A DNA stretch of 35,384 nt from Sphaeroforma arctica JP610 (Eukaryota). Where the stretch lies: contig NW_014040557.1 of the NCBI RefSeq assembly GCF_001186125.1, positions 72,533 to 107,916 on the forward strand, in the 5' to 3' direction. Below, in pieces: positions 12,401-23,379 of the stretch. The translations under genes were made by a program, and so were the position numbers. The first letter of the stretch is position 1, and each line of letters starts with the position of its first letter. The notes under the pieces were generated by a model that had not been told where the DNA came from, did no database searches, and saw only the letters and a program-made list of their open reading frames with translations.

Positions 12401-13893
12401 GATCATTCCCTCCAACGTGGCCTTGACAATCAGCCATATCTAACTATTTTCGTCTCTTCACACCAATCCACTTTCGCACAGCTGCACAGCCAGGACAAGC
12501 AAGTGCACACCGAAGTTCAAGGTCTGCTGTGTGCTTCACTCTGTGCACTCATCAACAAACTACATCGTGAGGATCTGATGAAAATCTCTGATCAGGTGAT
12601 GCAGATCCTGTTGGTCATGCTACGCACAACCGACGCCCAGGGTGTGCACGAGGATGCGCTCAACGCAATTAGCGGTCTTATCTCCCAGTTGGAAGAGGAC
12701 TTTGAGAAGTACATGGAGCATTTCAAGCCATTCCTATTGGCCGGTATTGTGTCGAGCGACTACGCGATTGGCTGTCAGAGTGTGGGTATGACGGGAGACA
12801 TCGCTCGCGCCCTGGGTAGCAATGCACAGAAGTACACTGACGAGCTCATGAATCAGCTGTTACAGGCTTTGAACATGTCTACCTTGCCCCGCAATGTGCG
12901 ACCGGATATTCTGTCTGCATTCGGTGATATTGCTACGAGCATCGGCCCGTCTTTTGAAAAATATCTGCCTTTCGTCATGCCCATCCTGGTGGACGCGTCG
13001 AATGTCCCTGCGCCACAAAACCAGGTATAGGATGATAAAAAGTTGTTGTCATTGATGCACGTTGGTTGAGTTTTCATTTATCGGTAGTCTAGTCACGTTG
13101 TATTAGCTTTGTTCGATTTTTGTTTACAGGAGACCTATCGATGAGCAATTATGAATTGGTGAGTGTCGCCTATGCTTTTTGTGCCCTTGTTACTCGCAAT
13201 GCATCCCGCGGCTTCATGACCCATCAGAGGCGATGAAAGCGCGTTCAGTGTGTGTACACCGTAGACGCTCACAGCCTCTTTTTCTTTTTCGTTCTATCTT
13301 CACTTAGCCACGTATAATTAATGCGAACGTATTCTCTTACCCCAGAATGACTATGATGAGATCGAGTACGTCAACATGTTGCGCGATAGCACACTGGAGG
13401 CTTTCGCCGGTATCTTCGTTGCGATGAGAGGACATCCAGACACTGTCAGCCAGTACGTGGCACATGTGGCCTCGTTTATGTGCATATGCGCTAACGATGT
13501 TAACCACACCGACACGATGATTAAGGTGATCATCGGCATTCTAGGGTATGTTACATCTCTCTCTTTTTATCAGTTTAGTGTTGGAAGTAGAATGATGTGC
13601 TTGTGTTGTATTCTGTAGTACTTCGGAGTGTCGGAGAAGCGCTAGTTATGTAGTATTTTTATTGCGCAATTGCCGTGTACCGTTAAGGCGGTTTTTATGT
13701 ATTTTAATTCTGCTGTATTTTATTGCTCCACAGAGATTTGACGGACATGTACGGAAAGCAGATGAAGCCCACACTTGAACAGGCTTGGGTACAGCCTGTC
13801 TTGTACAAAGCCTCTAAGAGTAATTGCTCACTGACGAAGAACACGGTTGAGTGGGCTGGACAGCTGATACAAAAGGTTCTCAGGGAGAATTAG
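9438..13893 (+). CDS. KPNB1: Importin subunit beta-1 (karyopherin beta-1/Kap95); exons 9438-10824, 11044-11180, 11805-11990, 12482-13024, 13346-13545, 13734-13893; 870 aa
   Basis: N-terminal IBN_N (ATQYLEQAAEANL...KNHLTSK, QRW). Also AELPQSQWPELI, LETVGFICEEI, ILTAIVNGMRKDEPS, ERNYIMQVVCE, LQAIEFWSTVCDEE, acidic loop KQDESDDDADAW, VRDTCGWTIGR, ILSAFGDIA, DYDEIEYVNMLRDSTLEAF and GILGDL. All introns are GT-AG with consistent phases (1,0,0,0,2). The spliced length of 2613 nt is an exact multiple of 3. Confidence 0.96.
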
Positions 13894-14804
13894 TATTTAT
13901 ATCTTTATTTAGCAAATACGCAAGTCAACCACCTGCGTGCGTCAACCTGGGACGTGCCGCTAGGAATTGGCTGTGAAATACATACATCATCTTTATCATC
14001 GGCATGCACTCCCGCCTCGCACATACGCATCCACCTCCTGCTCATTTCTCACCACAAAATATGTAGTCGGGTGTAGATTAGTCTCTGCCCCGTGTTTCGC
14101 ATCCAACAGACCGTACCATTCCACGCGCACTAGAGTATATATGAACATAGCCCCGTTACTATACCACATACACATGGTTCCGTTAGTTGCGCTCACTCTC
14201 TAGGCTCCAGTGCTGTTGTACAGTTGCCTCTTGAGTTGAACGGCGTTAGCTTTCGCCACATACACGCCAGTGTAAGTCTCGCTCAAGTTGTGATTGGGAT
14301 GAGATGATAAGTACGATGTATGCTGGAGGTTTTTACGTTGATAGTCGAGAACTTCTTCGTAACCTTTTACATTGTAAACGGATTGGACAACCTGCAGTCA
14401 AGGCAACCGTTCTTACCTTTGTGTTTGAACTGGTATTTGCTGAGTCGGTACATGCATACTTCGAGGCTAACAAGACTGTTGGGATTGTGAGCTATAGTAT
14501 TGTCGGTTGCGATACGATGACATATATATATAGTCTCCAATGCAATGTATGGTTTATGGGGTTTGCTTTGAACACCGTGACCCATGTTTGATAGAAGGTG
14601 GATAGAATCAACAAAACAACAGTAGTGGACATAAGAGTATTCTGTGAGACTCGGACCACAACTGCTGAAGGCGATTTGTAGTTTTGAGAATGCACACAAA
14701 CAACCCCCGCACGCATCGCACGCACACGCACGCACGCAACTGAGCTAACAAACTAAAAGTAGGCTAATAGAAAGTATCGTATTCTTTTCGAATTCGATTC
14801 GCTT

Positions 14805-15135
14805 AAATTACGCCTGCATTCATTTAAATGTAACTGCGAAGAGACATATGTAGTAACGCAGTTGTGATTAATAAAGGGTGAGATTCCCTTGCAACAGAAA
14901 CCTCCGTATTCTTTCCGAAACTGATCCCCATAAAGTACGCCAGCATTCATTTAAAAATGTCATATGTAACTGCGAAGAGTAAGAAGTGTCGCCTAAACTA
15001 TGCCTGCATTCATTTAAATATAACAGCGACGAGTAAGAAGTATCGCTTAAACTACGCCTGCATTTATTTAAATGTATCTGCGAAGAAATTATTAGTAGTG
15101 GCACAGTTATGATTGAATAAAGGTTGAGATTCCCT
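14805..15135. repeat. Degenerate minisatellite (core cgcctgcattcatttaaatgtaactgcgaaga, about 54-bp period, 4 copies)
   Basis: The core recurs at about 14811, 14938, 15001 and 15056. The flanking ...gagattccctt is repeated at about 14880 and 15126. Confidence 0.85.
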
Positions 15136-15649
15136 TACTTTGGTTATCGCAACTTTAAGACCCCTTTCGCTCCTGTAAGTATACAATATTTAGTACTAAT
15201 GTATCAGTTTGAAAATCGTCATACGTAATATAAGTGCTTAGCGTATAACGTTAACTCGACAAATCTACTGGGCGGGTCTTAAACCTAAAATCTAACATAG
15301 TCTCGAAAAACGAACATTGACAATATGGCAGTTGAACTTTTTATCCTGCAGAGGGTACATAAAGATATGTCTAAGGTGAGAATTGAAGCTAGAGATGAAT
15401 CGAAAGAAGTTTACCACTGTACAGGGAAAGAATATCTGAAGATATTGTAGAAGTAGATTAGACTGCAGGATTCTGACCCATTTCGAGTCAAGACCTGGTA
15501 CTTTATTAGGTTTTAGCTAACTGCTGTCTGAGCTCATTCCTCTTAACAGACTTTATACAAGAAGCCTTTTAATATTTGATGAAGCCGGTCTAATACCAAA
15601 AGGGATTTTCGACCCTAATTTGATCTTCAGACTTAGCCGGATTGGATCG

Positions 15650-16830
15650 TATTCTCTGGCTTAATTCTTAATCACCGAAGTGATACCTCAAAGAGAACAT
15701 GCTTGAATTATCTTTGCTGTATCTCTTTCGTATGGATATTTCGTGGACTATATAAATGTTATTTGCTCGATGGGTATCCGCATAGAGCGAGCTTTAATAC
15801 CATAAGCTTAATTGACTTGTATCCACCGATGGTTATTCCTTGTATAGAATGAATCGAGTTTGCTTTGGCTACCCGTACGGGGAGACTAACCCTTGAGAAT
15901 TTCTTGCAATCACAGCAGAGCAAATGTTGTCCTACATTAATACTTGAACCATCTACCTCCACCCCAACTCTCGAGTCATCATTTCCTTGCTTTGGTATGA
16001 ATGCTTTACCTTTGTAATCCACCATCTCGATCATGACCACAAGTTTATACATGACATCGCTGATGATACCCCTGAATTGATTGGCAAGCCTCATTTTCAC
16101 AAAAAGTATTAACGGTTAGCTTAGCCATATGCCAATGTCTAATTAATTTACCACCGGTATTGCTCCGGCCAAACCAAGTGTTTTAATATTCCCCACATAA
16201 GTTTACTTACCTTCAACTTTTTCGTCCGCATAGTATACCCTTCAGAAAAATTACCCATCACACATTCTACGTTGTACGTGTCTCTGTCTCGAATATAGCA
16301 TGTAAATATGGTAGTATCATCATTGATGCAACTTTCATCATATTCTGTGCATCCCCCTCGCTTTTAGTTCTGCTCACCTAGAAGGTGAAATCGCCCTATT
16401 CAAGGCGACACCATCTTCTGCTGCATCAGCGCATCAGTGGCCTCCAAATTTTATTTCACAGGTTTATCTGTCTACCAATGTTCGTATAATTCTGCTTTAA
16501 ATCGCCTACTAGACCTACAGCAGAAAGACGAAGGATTCATCCTGCTATACAATATTTCACCACAGCGTTGACAGGAGTGGCTGTGCATTGCTTCCCACCT
16601 CGACCAAAGGTACGTATTCCCTGGTCAAACGACTGAATAAGGCTAACCAATACATTGCAAATCCACCTACAATACCAGCTGCTGCACTTGTTAGTGCAGT
16701 TGTGGGCGACGAGTACGAAGCACCGGACTCGGTTTTTGCTAGGCTATCCGTAAGGTTTGAAATAAGCCTTTAAACAGTTCTGTGTGTAAAAACAGTTAAT
16801 CTCAACTGCTTGGTCCTGTCTAATAGAAGA
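15650..16830 (-). pseudogene. Pif1-family (Helitron-type) helicase remnant
   Basis: ALTSAAAGIVGGFAMY (motif Ia, about 16695-16650); IGRQ (motif IV-like); RLANQFRGIISDVMY..VVMIEMVDYKG (GLxNG.G.V); RVSLPVRVAKANSIHSIQGITIG (RxQxPL..A.TIHKxQG.T, 15893-15825). Walker A is not recognisable. Confidence 0.75.
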
Positions 16831-16859
16831 TGTTCTAATACGCTGTTCTTATAATTCGA

Positions 16860-19800
16860 TGCACGTCAGATGATGAAAATATACTTGAAGGTAAATGTAT
16901 CGTTTTGGCCGGTATTCGTTCTTACACCTCTAGACAGATACAATGGTTCATCGGCGTTATAGAATAAAATATCATACTGCTTCCCAAAGTTCTGCAAATC
17001 TCGTCAAATGTTCTATCGCCAAATCAATCCTATGCATACTCGGTATTTACGCTATGTATTGCTGCCTCGGTGAAGTTTTTAACACCTGATTCTCCGTCTA
17101 CACCAGGCTATTTTCAGTGAAGGGGGCATTGTCATCTTCTTCCCGAAACAAATCTATTGGCGCCATTTTTGTGTAACCGCTTATGTGGTGGACATAGGTT
17201 GCGGTGTCTCTAGTTATAGCCCATGCATCATGTGTAGCCTGCTCAATTATACGTATGACAGCATTGCATGCATATTCTAAAACATGGTTTTTCTCGGCTA
17301 GGCTCCAAAATCGGTTGAGGACCTCACGTTGGTCCAATTCAAAAGTTGTGCGATCCGCAACGAGTGATATTGTAAAAGTATCATCGTACCGCAATATTTA
17401 TCATCCAGTGGCCACGAAGCACGAAGTGGGTCGTGGTAGATTTGTCCATCATTGGTCTAAGTATGGCGTGAGTGTACATCGAGCCAAAGTAGAACGTATG
17501 TGTTGTTTCTATTCAAGTCTATCAAGGGACCGATAGTGTCCACTTGTATCTTGTCGCCCGGAAATGCAGCCGTTATTGATTGTAAGGGATGGAAACCCTT
17601 CTTGTGAGTTTGGTTCGTAAGACATGGTACACAGCCTTTAATGTATTGGTTTACATGTTCTTTCTAGCGGGACTATGTTGAAGTTTGTTCACTGTTTCTT
17701 CAACGGTGTAGTGGCCCACAGTTAAGGCAGTTCTGACTTCATATGTGAATGTGTCTAGCTCTGCCGACTCGTCCTTGGTTTATACCGACGCGATCTTTAT
17801 GGCTGGATGTGCTAGTTTTTAGTCAAGGTATGGTGATATTGTGTCTATCTTGGCTACTAGTGTGACTCCCCGTTGTGTTTTGTTTCAAGCTGACGTGCCG
17901 CCTTTCAGGAACGTGTTGTTCACGTTTTCGACTATCATCGGATCTTGTTCCAGTAGTGACAGGGATTTGGAAAACCACATTGCATTTGGGTGGTAGGGCA
18001 CATATGTTGTGATGTTCGTGGCTTACTCTGTGACTTTGTCAGAACGTATGGGATTAGCTCCCAGGAAGGATTCACCCATGCGTTTATTTCATCTGCCCAC
18101 TTTTGTAGTAAACTTTGCTGTGTGTGCACTGTGTGCTGCTGCAAATAAATCGAAAGTGAATTTTCAATCCTGCGTTCTGCCTCTTTGTAGAATCGTGGGT
18201 GTAGTTCCAGTCTATGGCAAATACCAGCATGGGCATGTTTGTTTCAAATTTAGTATATTCTTGACCGTTGTGTGTATTCTCGTTGGCTTCCTTCAGCACA
18301 ATTGATGTTTGGATGTTGAAGGTATCTTCGTGCAATCGTGATAGCACGTCGGCAACTTGATTATTTTTACCTGGCACGTGTATGATTGTGAAGTGGTGAT
18401 GGAATGTTTTTGCGATCCACTTTGCTAGCATGGGATGCAGTGTTTGCTGTTTATTCATTTGGCATAGCGCCTTGTGATCTGTCTACAATGTTATATCGCC
18501 TCCATTGATGTACTCCGAAAAATATTCTAGACTGTATACCATCGCTAGTAAATCTTTTGTATTCGTCCCATATCTTTGTTGTGCGGAGTTTACGCCTTTT
18601 GAGAAACAGAGTATATTTCGTCTGACCCCGTCTATGATTTGAAATAGGCAGTCTCCTATGCCATATTATATTGCATCATTAATGATCTGGAACGGTATTC
18701 AATCTACTGGATACGCCAATGTTGCTGAACACGCGATAGCATCGTTGAGTTCTTTTCATTTCTTAACAAGTTCAGCTGTCCAAAGATTTGCTATATTCTG
18801 GTTCATTTTTCCTTTCATGAGATTTCGGAAGTGTTTCGTTATGGGTGCAAACTGGGGTATGTGGTCCCGCATGTAGTTTGCTATGCCGACTGCTCGATGT
18901 AAGTCTCTTTTGGTTCTTGGTAAAGGCCAGTCAATCACGCGTTTATGTTTTTCGGAGTCTGTTTTGAGCCCTTGTTTTGTAACTTTGACGCCTAGTATAT
19001 TGTCTGTCTTGGCTGCAAAAGCACATGTGTTGTGGTTCAACCTGAAGTTGGCCGAGTTAAGTCATTTGATAACTTCTCGTACTGTCTTCCTGTGTTCCTC
19101 TTCGGTGAGGCTGACAATGACTTGTACGCCTTTAATGACAATGAGTAGGTTGGTTATTTCCCTTTGGAGCTGTGCTGATAGCGAGTGTAGTCCGAATGGT
19201 GCTGACTTAAATGAGTACTGTGCCTCTCTCCATAAAAAGTGAAAAAGTGTTGGCTATATACGAAAGCGGTGGAAGCCTCCTGTTAAGTCCAATTTGGAAA
19301 ATTGTGCATCTTGTAGATTGTGTAGTACTTCTTTCACTTTTGGCAATACGATTTTGCCTTGTTCAAGGTGATAGTTGACTTCTCTCAAGTCCAAAAATGT
19401 GCGTACTTTCTTCAGTAGGCCTCTTTGTTCAAATTCACCTGTTGACAGTAGTGGTAGATTCACATGTGTTGGTTTTGTTCTCCTGCATATGTGCCCCTCT
19501 TTCACCCATTTCTGTACATTGCCATCTGTCTGGGGTATGTATTTGTGTAGAACAAAGTTCACTTCAGCGTGTCGTATATTTTTGGCTTTGACTACTTGTC
19601 TCGGTGTATCCACAACTGACCCTGGTAGATTGGAGTGTACATAAGGTGTAATCATGCCGTTTTGGTCTAATAAGTTTGATAGCGATAATCTGAAACCTTC
19701 TTGCTCATGTTCAGGGTCTTCGTCGTGCGGTGTAAAAGTGATTCCCATTTGGCATCTGTTGGTATGAGTGAATTAATTATCCCCGCTGAACATATGCCCA

Positions 19801-20270
19801 AGTATGGTAAATTATCCATACCTAAAAGTATTGTGAATTTTTGTTTGGGAGGTCGAGTACCTGAAAGCAGTTTGATGCTTTTCTACCACCTTAGTTTATA
19901 TCACATACTTCTGTGGAACCTGTATGTTGTACTCGTGCATCAGATTGTGCTAGCTATATGTAGCTGAGTGACAAAGATGGTTCATTTACGACATTGCGAT
20001 CCGTGCATGAGTGTTGTGCTCCTGAATCTACCAGTGCATTGTATGTAGTGTTATAGATATGTATGTCTATGTACAATCTTTGGTCTCGTGGGTTAGGAAT
20101 TAAGAATAAGGTGTATAAGCAATATTATTCGCATTTAATAACAACGTTTGTTCATCAGTGTGTGCATTCACAATGTCTACCATGTTTACCATGTTAGCCT
20201 CTGCCCACCAAGCCTATCAAATTTCTTCGTCCATTTCTTGCACCTTGTTGCCATTAGTGATGGTTAACTG
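16860..20270 (-). mobile_element. Decayed Ty3/Gypsy pol: protease-RT-RNase H-adenine MTase-like domain-integrase
   Basis: PR: NALVDSGAQHS (about 20040-20010) and ILLGMDNL. RT: VRTFLDLREVN, FSKLDLTGGFHR, YSFKSAPFGL, DWPLPRTKRDLHRAVGIANYMR. RH: TDHKAL, KW..HFTIIHVPGKNNQVADVLSR. INT: VGHYT...YIKGCVPC...GFHPLQSITAAFPGDKIQVDTIGP...LLWLDVHSR. Multiple stops and frameshifts; no LTRs seen. Confidence 0.92.
17843..18214 (-). pseudogene. DIRS-type DNA N6-adenine methyltransferase-like domain within Gypsy pol
   Basis: Joining frames gives DW/LHPRFYKEAE/KFTFDLFAAAHSAHTAKF/LLQKWADEINAWVNPSWELIPYVLTK/NITTYVPYHPNAMWFSKSLSLLEQDPMIV. DLFA is at 18151-18140 and NPSW at 18072-18061 (one C>T away from NPPW). 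Confidence 0.8.
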
Positions 20271-20278
20271 GTCTACAA

Positions 20279-21389
20279 GAATTTAAAAATTGTATTTGGT
20301 AGTCAGCAAGCTAAGGCCTAAAAGCTATTGCAGTAAACTACAAGCCCACCCCAGTAAACCTTGCACTTTTGGCCGTGTGAATCTAAAACTCAGTATTTGT
20401 TAATCCTGGGTTTTGGGTTTTGTATTGGCTTTTCTGATAATCTGGTCCCTAGATGCTACATGGCAAAAACGATAAATCAACTCGTCGATCGGTAACTGCA
20501 ATGACTAGACCAGGTACTGAACAGGGAACAACTTCCACGCTCGGATAAATATCTTTTTGTGTACAGACAAGACTCGAAATAGGGGGTTTTATTTTCTTTC
20601 TGATTATGCACGAATAACGAGTTGGTTTGATATATTGTGAATATAAGAGCAGCCTTCACTGATTTAGAAACGAATATATTTGGTAGTTCCACTTGTTAAA
20701 TGCCAAAAGATATGATTGTGTTTCATGTTTACTACTTATTATTTTGAATCCACTTTGACCATCATAAATTCAAAGGGACCCCTTTCTTAAGACACGGATA
20801 TATATAACAGCTATGGCTGTGTCTATGGTCAAATAACCTCCAATGTAGTAGGTATGTAAGCAATTCGCTCTTTACATACCAGTATCTTGCCTTTTAAAGG
20901 ACATCACGGGGCAGAGAGAATACGACTCAAGGGACCCGTACAGGTTTCCGAAAAGATCTCTGTATTGGTCCTGTATAATCATAGGAACGCGCATTGGAAC
21001 TTAGCGATTGTCAAAGTGGACAAAACAGACGCTATAAATACTATTTTAGATGGTATGCGAAGTTCTGCTATAGCTGACTATCGATTCCGTTGTATAGTAC
21101 GATGGATGAAATCCTACCTCACAATGTTACATACAGCTTTAAAGTCGGCGGTGTAACCGTACACGACAGTTTTATATGTGTAGTTTTGCTTGGTGCGTAT
21201 GGTAGTACGTATCATAAAATCCACAACTCGTGCATGATTTGGAGGCATTGGGTTTGCACGACCATGTCACAAGGGCTCAACATGACGACAGAATTTGAAA
21301 ATTGTATTTGGTAGTCAGCAAGCTAAGGCCGAAAAGTTATTGCAGTTAACTACGAGCCCACCCCAGTATACCTTGCACTTTTGGCCGTG
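20279..21389 (+). repeat. 99-bp direct repeats (20279-20377 and 21291-21389), 1012 bp apart
   Basis: gaattt.aaaattgtatttggtagtcagcaagctaaggcc...gcccaccccagta.accttgcacttttggccgtg occurs twice with few mismatches. Confidence 0.92.
20887..21210 (+). pseudogene. Ulp1/C48 cysteine peptidase-like fragment
   Basis: VLYNHRNAHWNLAIVKVDK...TILDGM (HW.L...D) is followed in another frame by VHDSFICVVLLGAY (degenerate Q.D...CG). Confidence 0.55.
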
Positions 21390-21714
21390 GACAAGTTCAG
21401 TTCTGATGGGACCTTGAGAAAAAATCGAGTTCGTTTGGATACGATCCCAATCAATGCGCTTATATTAACATATCTTCAACGAGGAGCGCAGCGCTGGTAA
21501 AGTCGAAATCTAGAACACGTTTCCCAACGTATACATAACTTTTAGCCTTCACGCGAGATTGGATTAGATGAGTCTTCAAGCCGTGGACGAGTTCAGTTTT
21601 GATGGGACCTTGAAAAAAAAATCGAGTTTGTTTGGATACGATCCCAATCAATGCGCTTATGTTAACATATCTTCAACGAGGAGCGCAACGCTGATAAAGT
21701 CGAAATCTAAAACA
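21384..21714 (+). repeat. About 134-bp direct duplication (21384-21517 and 21580-21714)
   Basis: gccgtggac.agttcagtt.tgatgggaccttga...tttggatacgatcccaatcaatgcgcttat...aagtcgaaatcta.aaca occurs twice. Confidence 0.92.
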
Positions 21715-23045
21715 TATCACGCGCTCGGACACGCGCCTTTGCGACGCGTAGCTGAAGACGAGCCGTGGCGCCAGAGTTATCATCGATTTTGTTAAGTTGC
21801 CCACGTCCGAACACACAAAAAAATAAGCATGCCATGTATTTGATGTTGCTTCGCGATGTAACGTATTATACATACCCCTTGAAAGATAACTCAACTCGAA
21901 CTGGCATTTAGTCATTTACGTTGTTTTTTTTGCAGATTTTAGCTGGCCAGCTTTCGTGTGCTCTGTGTTTGGACAAAATCAGCAATGTCATTTGTCTTTT
22001 CAGATACAACTACATTTCGGTACACAGAGGAGAACTATCAACTGACAGGTGTCATGAGACATGAGGTGTCGATAAGTTCCAAAAAGTGACATATATTTAC
22101 AACTTACATGTGAATACATAAAACTCGTGGATGTACATATATAAAGCCCTCAGTAGAGGTATAAATAAAGTTACTCTCTACTCAGTATATTATATGGTTC
22201 TATATGTTGAAACACACTGACAATGGTAGTGAGTTTACAGGCGATGTCATGAAGTCACTGTTAATCGTTGCTGGCACATGCCACAAAATGGGTGTACCCT
22301 ATAAGACTCAGACACAAGGTGCTAATGAGGTGAGACATCGTAAGATGAAGGCGTTTAAGCGAAGAGTGCTACTAGATGATGCTGACTTGTGACCACACTC
22401 GATTAATTGGGTACAAACACAGATAAGCAACCCAACGGATTCAGTTAACACAGGTACAACGCTAGCTCACTATTTCAGGGACCGTTATAGTGAATTACAA
22501 GTCCGTACTATCTAGAAAGCTCGAACATATGTGCTACCATGATCAGAGAAGATGCGTAGAATTAGAGTTGTAGTCTTTTCTTTGTTTGATAGATATGAAG
22601 TATGTCGCTATGGAAAAGAGGCAGAAGCGATTTAATGGTTCCTAGAAAATAGTCGAGTTTAGGTCGGATATATAGCCAACATTTTGGCACGTGATTCTGA
22701 CATAACTGTGCTTACGGCGTGTAGTATATTTAACCGTTCATGATTTCAATGGCCGATAAAAAGGGAAGAACGTATGAAGTCAACAATAACGTTGATGGCT
22801 CAAGTGCCTTTAACATCGGGATGATCGCATTGCAACGATAGAATTCTTCCTTCGCCACACACATGAGGCTGTTAGACCTTTATGTCTTACGAGATTAAGA
22901 AGATACTTGGGAGTACAAACATGATAACACTACATACTACACAAGAGATGGGGCATAATAGCGATCTACTACCATCAACATTTGATGACTCAAACATATT
23001 GTAAGATTTTCATAAGAGTTTTTGTAAACGCCTACACAAAACTGA
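21540..23045 (+). pseudogene. Second decayed Gypsy integrase, related to 2660-3935, interrupted by a solo LTR
   Basis: YHALGHAPLRRVAEDEPWR, LPTSEHT, FDVASR, CTDNGSEF, GVPYKTQTQGANEVRH and GTTLAHYFRDRYSELQ are colinear with the first integrase. Confidence 0.85.
21966..22214. mobile_element. 249-bp solo LTR of a different family with 5-bp TSD
   Basis: TGTTT...AAACA ends; TSD CTCTG/CACTG (21961-21965 and 22215-22219); internal TATAAA and AATAAA. Removal restores the integrase F-V-C-T-D-N-G-S-E-F. Confidence 0.82.
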
Positions 23046-23333
23046 TGTCTTAGGTCTCTTGGGTCTCACCCTCAACCAAACGTCCAGATGTAGCCAAGGT
23101 ATTCCGTATTACATATCATCAAATATCATTCATTCTAAGGCTTAAAGATTATGGAATGTGCGTACCTCCGAAATGCACTAAGAAACGTTCTATCCACCAT
23201 CGAGGATCACAAAGATATAAAATCAAACGTAATAGAGTAGCTGAGGAACTTATAAAGTCTAAGTATACTTTATCTGAAACAGTAGATTTTTGGTGGTTTT
23301 TCTTAAATTTAATAAATTTAATAAGTAACGTGA

Positions 23334-23379
23334 ATGACTGAACCAATCAACATAGTAACAGGTTGGTTGGTTCAGTCAT
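23334..23379. repeat. Hairpin: 18-bp stem (17/18 matched), 10-nt loop
   Basis: ATGACTGAACCAATCAAC-atagtaacag-GTTGGTTGGTTCAGTCAT. Confidence 0.85.

Noticed and set aside
12227..12481. N-terminal 85 aa of ORF 12227-13030 as coding sequence
   Set aside because: It is intronic. Importin similarity resumes only after the AG at 12480-12481.
9272..13539. Minus-strand and alternative-frame ORFs overlapping importin-beta
   Set aside because: They are shadow ORFs of the coding exons with no recognisable motifs.
16860..20270. Classifying the MTase-bearing element as DIRS
   Set aside because: It has an aspartyl protease and an rve DDE integrase with a zinc-finger motif, and no tyrosine recombinase is visible. 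DIRS elements lack PR and INT.
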